Below, piece after piece: positions 12,477 through 23,800 of a stretch of 64,000 bases of DNA. Location of the stretch: NCBI RefSeq assembly GCF_044704955.1, contig NC_091980.1:92008001-92072000 (forward strand). The letters are read 5' to 3'. The position numbers and the translations under genes are program-made. The notes beneath the pieces are model-generated. The model was not told the DNA's origin, made no database searches, and saw only the letters and a program-made list of their open reading frames with translations. The first letter of the stretch is position 1. Each line of letters begins with the position of its first letter. This DNA comes from Pristiophorus japonicus. Lineage: Eukaryota.

Positions 12477-13422
12477 TTAGTTTAACTCCTCCCCAACAGC
12501 ACTAGCAAACACTCCCCCGAGAACATTGGTTCCGGTCCTGCCCAGGTGCAGACCGTCCGGTTTGTACTGGTCCCACCTCCCCCAGAACCGGTTCCAATGC
12601 CCCATGAATTTGAATCCCTCCCTGCTGCACCACTGCTCAAGCCACGTATTCATCTGAGCTATCCTGCGATTCCTACTCTGACTAGCTCGTGGCACTGGTA
12701 GCAATCCCAAGATTACTACTTTTGAGGTCCTATGTTTTAATTTAGCTCCTAGCTCCTTAAATTCATCTCGTAGGACCTCATCCCTTTTTTTATCTATATC
12801 GTTGGTACCAATGTGCACCACGACAACTGGCTGTTCACCCTCCCTTTTCAGAATGTCCTGCACCCGCTCCGAGACATCCTTGACCCTTGCACCAGGGAGG
12901 CAACATACCATCCTGGAGTCTCGGTTGCGGCCGCAGAAATGCCTATCTATTCCACTTACCGTTGAATCCCCTATCACGATTGCTCTCCCACAATTTTTCC
13001 TGCCCTCCTGTGCAGCAGAGCCAGCCACGGTGCCATGAACTTGGCTGCTGCTGCCCTCCCCTTTTGAGTCATCCCCTCAACAGTACTCAAAGCAGTGTAT
13101 CTGTTTTGCAGGGGATGACCGCAGGGGACCCCTGCACTACCTTCCTTGCACTGCTCTTCCTGCTGGTCTTCCACTCCCTATCTGGCTGTGGACCCTTCAC
13201 CTGCGGTAAGACTAACTCGCTACACGTGCTACCCACGTCATTCTCAGCATCATGGATGCTCCAGAGTAAATCCACCCTCAGTTCCAATTCCGCAACGCGG
13301 ACCGTCAGGAGCTGGAGGCGGATACACTTCCCGCACACGTAGTCGTCAGGGACACCGGAAGTGTCCCTGAGTTCCCACATGGTACAGGAGGAGCATATCA
13401 CGTGACCAAGCTCTCCTGCCAT
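12477..13422 (-). pseudogene. CR1 ORF1: N-terminal zinc finger/leucine zipper plus SGNH esterase domain (one frameshift)
   Basis: CSSC...CGKC followed by a heptad repeat, then GDS, VHIGTND and DGLHL esterase blocks in ORFs 13087..13422 and 12477..13028. Confidence 0.9.
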
Positions 13423-13689
13423 GACTTAACCCTTAGATACACTTAAATTGGCAACAACAATGCTAATGTTTACTCACTGATATAGAAGAGAAAAAATAAA
13501 AACTACTCACCAATCACCAGCCAATCACTTACCCCCTTGGCTGTGACATCACCTTTCTGTTTCTTTCTACTTCTATTTTGCCTTCTCCCTGTAGCTGCAC
13601 AAGCTGGCTCTCCAACGGACTCACGCTGCTCTCGACTCAGCAACGCACCTCCCGACCTCACGGCCTTTTTCAGCCTCTCCAACGGTGTA

Positions 13690-14440
13690 AAGAATGAGGA
13701 GACACAAAATAAACTCAAAGGTATAATTTCAATACGGGGTGCAGAGACAGAGAGACCCGTGATGTACATACATAAACCTTTGAAAGTAGCAGGATAAATT
13801 AAGAAAGCTGTTAAAAAAGCATATGGAACGTTGGCTTTATAAATAGAGGCATAGAGAACAAAAACAAGGAAGTCATGCTAAAGCTTTACAAAACACTGGT
13901 TAGGCCTCAGCTAGAGTATTGTGTTCAATTCTGGCATCACACATTAGGAAGAATGACAAGGCCTTAGAGGAGGTGCAGAAGAGATTTACTAGAATGGTTA
14001 TCAGGGATGAGAGACTTCAGTTATGTGTAGAGACTGGAGAAGCTGGGGTTGTTCTCTTTAGACGAGAGAAAGTAAAGAAGAGATCTGATAGAGGTGGTCA
14101 TAATCCCAAATGGTTTTGATAGAGTAAATAAGGAGAAACTACTTTCAGTGGCAGAAGGGTCAGTAACCAGAGGACACAGAATTAAGGTGATTGGCAAAAG
14201 AGCCAGAGGGAACATGAGGAAACGAAAATTACACAGTAAGTTGTCGTGATCTTGAAAGCACTGCCTGAAAGGATGGTGGAAGCAGATTAAACAGTATCTT
14301 TCAGAAGAAAATTGGTAAATAATTTACAGGGCTAAGAGGAAAGAGCTGGAGAGTGGGACTAATTGGATAGCTCTACGAAAGAACCGGCACAGGCACGATG
14401 GGCCGAATGGCCACTTTCTGTGCTATATCATTCTACGATT
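13690..14440 (+). mobile_element. Old CR1 3' fragment
   Basis: Degenerate RP.LEYCVQFW and LEEVQKRFTRM motifs plus a CR1 3' UTR. Confidence 0.8.
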
Positions 14441-14629
14441 CTTTAAAAGGATGGCCTAGAAATTCAAATGCATCTGATAATTTTGTTTCTCCTTGAGTGA
14501 GTTAGATAGCTGAGGAGAAGGAAAAGCTCTATTGTCATGCAGTTTAATTGGAGGACCAAATTACCCCAAATAAGGGCAGTTGTTTCCAGGAAGTAACAGA
14601 TCACTGAAAGCTGCAAGAGTCCAAATAGC

Positions 14630-15215
14630 CCTCATCTATGCATTTACTACCTCTAGATTTGACTATTCCAATGCACTCCTGGCTGGCCTCCCACATTCTA
14701 TCCTTCATCAAGTTGAGGTCATCCAAAACTCGGCTGCCTGGTCCTAACTCGCATCAAGACCCCTGTGCTCGCTGACCTACACTGGCTCCCAGTTAAGCAA
14801 CATCTTGATTTCAAAATTCTCATCCTTGATTTCAAATCCTTCCATGGCCTCACCCCTCCCTATCTCTGTAATCTCCTCCAACCCCACAACCCCCACAAGA
14901 TGTCTGCGCTCCTCTAATTCTGCCCTCTTAAGCATCCCTGATTATAATCGCTCAACCGTTGGTGGCTGTGCCTTCTGTTGTCAAGGCTCCAGGCTCTAGA
15001 ACTCCCTGTCTAAACCTCTCCACCTTGCTACCTCTCTTTCCTCCTTCAAGACACTCCTTAAAACCTACCTCTTGGACCAAGCGTTTGGTCACCTGCGTTA
15101 ATTTCTATTTATACAGCTCGGTATCAAGTTTTTTTTATCACATAATACTCCTATGAAGCGCCTTCGGACGTTTCACTACGTTAAAGGTGCTATATAAATA
15201 CGAGGTGTTGTTGTT
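14630..15215 (+). mobile_element. L2-clade LINE 3' fragment
   Basis: SRFDYSNALLAG, P.L.DLHWLPV motifs. Tail aaaggtgctatataaata...(TTG)n. Confidence 0.8.
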
Positions 15216-16102
15216 GATATTATCATCATTGTTATGGATAAGAGCCTTGTTATGTCTCAAATAAAGCAATGTGACTGAGTACTGTAGACTTGAGTAAGTA
15301 TGATCTTAGTCTCTTTATTCTGACTCCAGAGTGCTGGCACAGCATGGGAGGCCTGCTTATATGCAGTGGTCCCAAGGGATGCTGGGATCCCTTGGGACTA
15401 CAACAGATGTGCCCTCTGGTGGCGGTAGAATGCTGGTTAAAAGGTGTTGCATACATAACATCACTCCCCCCCCCAAAGTCAATAGTACACTTATTTACAG
15501 GGTGAGATAATCTGAGGCTTTCCGCTCCCTAGTCGATCGTCTCGGTACAAACACAGGTGCAGGTGAGTTGGTTGGGCCTTCGCTGGGCTGCTGGGCAGCT
15601 GGCCTTACTGGGCTGCTGGGGATGATGGGTTCAGCTTCGTGGTCAACCGTGATGTCGGTTGCCACTTGTGTGTGTATTGGAGGGTCGAAGTTGGTGGTGT
15701 CCTCTACAGGTTGCTCGTGGCTGTCTGTGAATCACAGTTTGGTTTGGTCCAAATGCTTTCTGCAAGTTAGTCCATTTGCAAGTTTGACCTCAAACACCCT
15801 ACTCCCTTCTTTGGCTACGACAGTGCCAGCAAGCCATTTGGGACCATGTCCATAGTTGAGTACAAATACAGGGTTATTGACTTCAACATCACATGACAAG
15901 TTTGTGCGATCATGGTACATGCTTTGTTGATGCCGCCTGCCCTCGACATGATCATGGAGATCAGGGTGGATGAGAGAGAGCCTTGTTTTGAGTGCCCTTT
16001 TCATGAGCAGTTCGGCAGGGGGAACTCCGGTGAGTGAGTGGGTAGCTGAGCAGGAGTCGGGACAAGCGGTTCTGCAGGGAGCCTTCCGATACGATCCGAT
16101 AC

Positions 16103-19100
16103 GATGGTCTGAACTGACCGTTCTGCCTGGCTGTTGGATGCGGGCTTGAATGGAGCAGATGTGACATGTTTGATCCCGTTGCGGGTCATGAATTCTTTGA
16201 ATTCAGCACTGGTGAAGCACGACCTATTGTCGCTGACTAGGACATCGGGCAAGCCGTGCGTGGCAAACATAGTTCGTAGACTTTCAATGGTGGCCGTGGA
16301 TGTGCTTACAGACATTATTGCACATTCAATCCACTTTGAGTAAGCGACCATGATAACCAAAAGCATTTTGCCTGGGAATGGGCCCACATAGTCTACATGG
16401 ATCCTCGACCACGGTTTGGATGGCCAGGACCACAAACTTAGCAGTGCCTCTCTGGGTGCATTGCTCAACTGAGAGAAAGTGTTGCACTGGCGCACATATG
16501 ACTCTAAATCTGAGTCGATGCCAGGCCACCACACGTGGAATCTGGCTACGGCTTTCATCATTACGATGCCTGGGTAGGTGTTGTGCAGTTCGCAAATAAA
16601 TGTGTCTCTGCCTTTCTTGGGCAAGACTACGCAATTGCCCCACAAAAGACAGTCCGTCTGCAGGGACAGATCACCTTTGCGTCTGTGGAACAGCTTAATC
16701 GCTTCCTGCATCTCCACTGGGACACTGGATCAGCTCCCATGGAGGACACAGTTTTTTACCAAGGACAGTAAAGGATCCTAGTTGGTCCAGGTCCTGATCT
16801 GGCGGGCCGTAACGGGGGATTTCTTGTTCTCAAATGCCTCCATGACCATGAGCAAGTCTGCTGGCTGTGCCATTTCCACCCTGGTGGTGGGCAATGGTAG
16901 CCGACTGAGAGCATCTGCGCAGTTCTCTGTGACCGGCCTGTGGCAGATTACATAGTTGTATGCCGACAATGTGAGCGCCCATCTTTAATGCGGGCTGAGG
17001 CATTGGTATTAATCCCTTTGCTCTCTGAGAATAGCGATATGAGCAGCTTGTGGTCAGTTTCAAGCTCAAACTTGAGGCCAAATAAGTACTGGTGCATTTT
17101 TTTTACACTGTAAACGCATGCCAGAGCCTCTTTTTCAACCATGCTGTAAGCCCTTTCGGCCTTGGACAAACTCCTGGATGCATATGCAACTGGTTGCACA
17201 ATTCCCGATTCATTAGCCTGTCACACACCCGACCCTGTATGACGATGCATCACAAGCTAACATCAATCGTTTACATGGGTTATTCAGGACAAGCAGTTTG
17301 TTCGAACACAATATTTTTCTGGCTTTCTTAAAGGCAGCCTCTTGTGAATTCCCCCATACCCAGTCGTCTCCCTTGCATGTAGCATCTAGGAGTTCTAGCA
17401 GGGTGCTTAACCCAGGTAGGAAATTACCGAAGTAGTAAAAGAGCCGCAGGAACGACCGCAGCTCCGTCACGTTCTGTGATCACGGCGCGTTCTTGATGGC
17501 CTCCGTCTTGGCGTCGGTGGGTCTGATGCCATCTGCTGCGATTCTCCTTCCTAAGAATTCGTCGTCCTGTGCCAGGAAAACACACTTCGAGCGTTTCAAC
17601 CTGAGTCCCACGCGATCCAACCGACTAAGAACCTCCTCCAGATTCTTCAAGTGCTCCATGGTGTCCCGACCTGTAACCAATATGTCGTCCAAGAAGACCA
17701 CTGTGCAAGGAACCGACTTTAGCAGGCTCTCCATGTTCTGCTGGAAGATTGCTGCCGCTGTCCGAATCCCGAACGGGCACGGGTTGCAGATAAACAGACC
17801 TTTGTGCGTGTTGATGCAGGTGAGGCCTTTTGAAGACTCCTCCAGCTCCTGCGTCATGTAAGCCGACGTCAGGTCCAGCTTGGTGAACGTCTTCCCTCCA
17901 GCCAGGGTCGTGGATAGGTCATCTGCCTTGGGTACTGATCCTGCAGCGACAAACAGTTAATCGTTACTTTATAGTCCCAGCAAATTCTAACCGTACCGTT
18001 CTCCTTGACAATCGGACTGGCCCAGTCGTTGAATTCCACCAGCCCGATGATGCCTTCATGTTGCAGCCTGTCCAGCTCGATTTCCACTTTTTCACGCATC
18101 ATGTACAGTACCGCCCGAGCCTTGTGGTGGATGGGTCGCATACCAGGAACCAAATGGATCTGCACTTTCGCCCCCGGAAAGCTTCCAATGCCTGGCTCGA
18201 ATAACGAAGGGAACTTGCTTAGAATCTGGGTACATGCGGTGTCGTCGACAGAAAAAAGTGCTCGGATGTCGTCCCAGTTCCAGCGGATTATCCCCAGCCA
18301 GCTTCTGCCAAACAATGTGGGGCCATCCCCTGGCACAATTCATAGCGGGAGTTCGTGTACTGCTCCATCATTTGAGACTTTGACTTCAGCACTGCCAATT
18401 ACGGGGATTAGTTCCTTTGTGTAAGTCCTTAGTTTGGTGTGAATGGGGCTGAGCTTGGGCCTCTGTGCCTTCTTTCCCCACAGCCTGTTGAAAGCAGTTT
18501 TACTCATTATGGACTGACTTGCCCCCGTTCAGTTCAACTTTCAACATTATTGGTGAGCATTTCGTCGTGAACATGTGTACTCCCTCTGCCTCCTCCGTGC
18601 AAGTTTCCAATTCCGTCTGATTCACTGTGGATCGATCTCCTTCGGCAACGTGGTGGTTTGCAGGGTTTGCAGGGTTTGCACCTCGCCTACACATTCGTTA
18701 GAGGTGTCCCATTGTTCTGCAGCCATTGCACGCATAGTGCTTAAAGCGGCATTGATGGAGCCGATGATCATCTCCGCAGCACCAACAGGGTGTTAACTGC
18801 TTTGCATTAACAGATGATGGTGGACTCTGGGTCAATTGAAGTTGGGCCACTGCAGCCGATGTGTACATTCTGCCCTGTACATTTCTGCTCAAAACCAACG
18901 TTACTTTATGCACAGTACTGGCCGAAGCTTCTTTCCTGAGAAATCTGCTTGGTGTTGTCGCTGGTGGACATAAATGCCTGGGCTATCTTTATGGCTTTAC
19001 TCAGGTTCGGAGTTTCTACAGTAAACAGTTTGCGAAGGATTGTCTCATGTCCGATGCCCAGTACAAAAAAGTCTCTGAGCATTTGTTCTAGGCATCCCTC

Positions 19101-19675
19101 AAACTCACAATGTCCTGCAAGGCCCCGTAGGTCGGCGACGTAGCTTGCCATTTCCTGGCCCTCCGATCGTTGACACGTGTAGAACCGATATCTCGCCATC
19201 AAAACGCTTTCCTTAGGATTTAGGTGCTCCCGGACAAGCGTACAGAGTTCTTCATAAGATTTCTTTGTTGGTTTTGCCGGGGCCAGGAGATTCTTCATGA
19301 GGCTATAGGTTGTTGCCACACAGATAGTTAGGAGGATCGCCCTTCGTTTGGTTGCGTTCTCGTCCCCTTCCAGCTTGTTGGCCATGAAGTATTGATCGAG
19401 TCTCTCCACAAAGTCCTCCCAATCGTCACCCTCTGAGAAGTTCTCCAGGATGCCGACGGTTCTTTGCATTTTCGCACGGTTGGTCGTTACCTCGTCGCCA
19501 ATTGTTATACTCATAATAAATGGTCAGACTGAGTACTGTGTAATGAGCAAGTGTGACCTTAGCTCCTTTATTAAGGTTCCAGAGTGTAGGGATGCTGGGA
19601 TCCCTTGGGATTCCAAAAGGTAGGCCCTCTGGTGGTCAGGTGTGATGCAGATTACAAGGGGTTAAATACATAACA
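16103..19675 (-). mobile_element. Gypsy element A nested in B's integrase (3' LTR deleted in this copy)
   Basis: gag 18906..19514, RT (FLDD) 17480..17857, RNase H and integrase fragments. 5' LTR 19503-19675, PBS 19491-19500. Confidence 0.92.
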
Positions 19676-20888
19676 CTTTCTAAGGTGGCAGTGGATGTAC
19701 TTACAGACATTATTACACACTCAATCCATTTTGAATAAGCATTCACAACAACCAAAAACATTTTGCCTAGAAACGGGCCAGCGAAGTCAACATGGATCCT
19801 AGACCACGGTTTGGAGGACCATGACCACAAACTTAGCAGTGCCTCCTTGGGTGCATTACTCAGTTGAGAGCAAGTGTTGAATTGGTGCATGCATGACTCC
19901 AAATCTGAGTCAATGCCGGGCCACCACATATGGGATCTGGCTGTAGCTTTCATCATTACTATGCCTGGGTGGGTACTGTGTAGGTTGCATATGAACATTT
20001 CCCTGCCTTTCTTAGGCAAAACCAGGTGATTACCCTACAAAAGATAGTCCGGCTATATGGACGTTTCGTCTTTGCAACGCTGGAATGGCTTGATCTCTTC
20101 ATGCATCTCCGCTGGGACGCTGGACCAACTCCCATGGAGGACACAGTTTTTTTACAAGGGACAGTAAAGGATCCTGGCTGGTCCAGGTGATGATCTAGCG
20201 GGCCGTAACGGGTGACTTTTCATTTTCAAATGCATCCATCACCAAGACCAAGTCAGCAGGCTGTGCCATTTCCATCCCGGTGGTGGGCAATGGTAGCCGA
20301 CTGAGAGCATCAGCGCAGTGCTCTGTGCCTGGCCTGTGGCGAATTACATAGTTATATGCAGACAGCGTGAGCGCCCATCTTTGTATGCGAGCAGAGGCAT
20401 TGGTATTAATATCTTTGCTCTCTGAGAATAGCGATATGAGCGGCTTATGGTCAGTTTCTAACTCGAACTTAAGCCCAAAAATATACTGGTGCATTTTTTT
20501 CACCGCGTAAACGCATGCCAGAGCTTCTTTTTCAATCATGCCATCGGCCCTTTCGGCCTTGGACAAACTCCTGGACGCATAAACGACCGATTGAAAAGTT
20601 CCCGATTCGTTTGCTTGTTGTAACACACACCCGACCCTATACAAAGACGCATCGCAAGCTAGCACTAAACGTTTACATGGGTCATACAGAACAAGCCTTT
20701 TGTTGGAATATAACAGATTTCTGGCTTTCTCAAAAGCAGTCTCTTGTGATTTCCCCCATACCCAGTCATCTCCCTAGCCTAGCAACACATGTAGAGGTTC
20801 TAGCAAGATGCTTAACCTGGGTAGGGAATGAACAAAATAATTGAGGAATCCCAGGAACGACCACAGCTCCGTCACGTCCTGCGATCTT

Positions 20889-23800
20889 GGCTCTGTGCCT
20901 CAATGCAGAGTATTCGGCATAAGATGGACGAATTAACTGCGCAGATTGCAGTTAACGGGTATGATGTAATTGGCATCACTGATACATGGCTCCAGGCTGA
21001 CCAAGGCTGGGAACTCAACATCCAGGGATATTCCACATTTAGGAAGATTAGACAGAAAGGAAAAGGAGCTGGGGTGGCGTTGCTGGTTAAAGAGGAAATT
21101 AATGCAATAGTAAGGAAGAACATTAGCTTGGATGATGTGGAATCGGTATGGGGTGGAGCAACGGAATACCAAAGGGCAAAAAATGCTAGTGGGAGTTGTG
21201 TACAGACCACCAAACGGTAGTAGCGAGGTTAGGGACAGCATCAAATAAGAATTTAGGGATGAGTGCAATAAAGGTACAGCAGTTATCATGGGCGATTTTA
21301 ATCTACATATTGATTGCACTAACCTAACTGGTAGCAATGCTGTGGAGGAGGATTTCCTGGAGTGTATTAGGGATGGTTTTCTAGACCAATATGTCGAGGA
21401 ACCAACTAGAGGGTTGGACATTCTAGACTGGGTGATGTGTAATGAGAAAAGACTAATTAGCAATCTTGTTGTGCGAGGCCCCTTGGGGAAGAGTGACCAT
21501 AATATAGTAGAATTATTTATTAAGATGGAGAGTGACACAGTTAATTCAGAGATTAGGGTCCTGAACTTAAGGAAAGGTAACTTTGATGGTATGAGACGTG
21601 AATTGGCTACAATAGACTGGCGAGTGATATTTAAAGGGTTGACGGTGGATAAGCAATGGCAAACATTTAAAGATCACATGGATGAACTTCAACAATTGTA
21701 CATCCCTGTCTGGAGTAAAAATAAAATGGGAAATGTGGCTCAACAGTGGCTAACAAGGGAAATTAAGGATAGTCTTAAATCCAAAGATGAGACATATAAA
21801 TTGGCCAGAAAAAGAAACAAACCTGAGGACTGGGAGAATTTTGTGATACAGCAGAGGAGGACTAAGGGTTTAATTTGGAGGGGGAAAATAGGGTATGAGA
21901 GGAAGCTTGCTGGAAACATAAAAACTGACTGCAAAAGCTTCTATAAATATGTGAAGAGAAAAAGATCAGTGAAAACAAACATAGGTCCCTTGCAGTCAGA
22001 TTCAGGTGAATTTATAATGGGGAACAAAAAAATGGTGGACCAGTTAAACAAATACTTTGGTCCTGTCTTCACGAAGGAAGACACAAATAATCTTCCATAA
22101 ATACTAGGGAACCAAGGGTCTAGTGAGAAGGAGGAACTGAAGGAAATTCTTATTAGGCGGGAAATTGTGTTAGGGAAATTGATGGGATTGAAGGCTGATA
22201 AATCCCTGGGGCCTCATAGTCTGCATCCCAGAGTACTTAAGGCAGTAGCCCTAGAAATAGTGGGTGCAATGGGGATCATTTTCCAACAGTCCATCGACTT
22301 TGGATCGGTTCCTATCGACTGGAGGGTATATAATGTAACATCACTTTTTAAGAAAGGAGGGAGAGACAAAATGGGTAATTATAGACCGGTTAACCTGACA
22401 GCAGTAGTGGGGAAAATGTTGGAATCAATTATTAAAGATGAAATAGCAGCACATTTGGAAAGCAGTGACAGGATCGGTCCAAGTCAGCATGGATTTACAA
22501 AAGGGAAATCATGCTTGACAAATCATCTAGAATTTTTTGAGGATGTAACTGGTAGAGTGGAGAAGGGAGAACCAGTAGATGTGGTGTATTTGGATTTCAA
22601 AAGGCTTTTGACAAGGTCCCACACAAGAGATTGGTGTGCAAAATTAAGCACATGGTATTGGGGGTAATGTACTAATGTGGATAGAGAACTGGTTGGCAGA
22701 CAGGAAACAGAGAGTCGGGATAAATGGGTCCCTTTCAGAATGGCAGACAGTGACTAGTGGGGTACCGCAAGGCTCAGTGCTGGGACCCCAGCTATATACA
22801 ATACACATTAATGATTTGGATGAAGGAATTGAGTGTAATATCTCCAAGTTTCTAGATGACACTAAGCTGGGTGGCAGTGTGAGCTGTGAGGAGGAGGCTA
22901 AGAGGCTGCAGCGTGACTTGGACAGGTTAGGTGAGTGGGCAAATGCGTGGCAGATGCAGTATAATGCGGATAAATGTGAGGTTATCCACTTTGGTGGCAA
23001 AAACACGAAGGCAGAATATTATTTGAATGGCGAGGTAAGGAAAGGGGAGGTGCAGCGATACCTGGCTATCATGGGACATCAGTCATTGAAAGTTGGCATG
23101 CAGGTTCAGCAGTCGGTGAAGAAGCCAAATAGTATGCTGGCCTTCATAGCTAGGGGATTTGAGTATAGAAACATAGAAACATAGAAAATAGGTGCAGGAG
23201 TAGACCATTCGGCCCTTCGAGCCTGCACCGCCATTCAATAAGATCATGGCTGATCATTCCCTCAGTACCCCTTTCCTGCTTTCCCTACATACCCCTTGGT
23301 CCCCTTAGCCGTAAGGGCCATATCTAACTCACTCTTGAATATATCCAATGAAATGGCATCAACAATTCTCTGCGGCAGGGAATTCCACAGGTTAACAACT
23401 CTCTGAGTGAAGAAGATTCTCCTCATCTCAGTCCTAAATGGTCTACCCCTTATCCTAAGACTATGTCCCCTTGTTCTGGACTTCCCCAACATCAGGAACA
23501 TTCTTACCGCATCTAACCTGTCCAGTCCCATCAGAATCTTATACGTTTCTATGAGAATCTCCCTCTCATCCTTCTAAACTCCAGTGAATAAAGGCCCAGT
23601 TGATCCAGTCTCTCCTCATATGACAGTCCAGCCAGCCCTGGAATCAGTCTGGTGAACCTTCACTGCACTCCCTCAATAGCAAGAACGTCCTTCCTCAGAT
23701 TAGGAGACCAAAACTAAACACAATATTCCAGGTGAGGCCTCACCAAGGCCCTATACAATTGCAGCAAGACCTCCCTGCTCCTATACTCAAATCCCCTAGC

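Larger units (their letters stand above)
8863..13685 (-). mobile_element. Near full-length CR1 LINE (chimeric), with ORF1 and ORF2
   Basis: ORF2 segments 10750..12300 (endonuclease), 9934..10716 (RT: QGSVLGP, FADD), 9356..9560 and 9017..9334. (TTCTTATG)n tail at 8863-8888. Confidence 0.95.
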
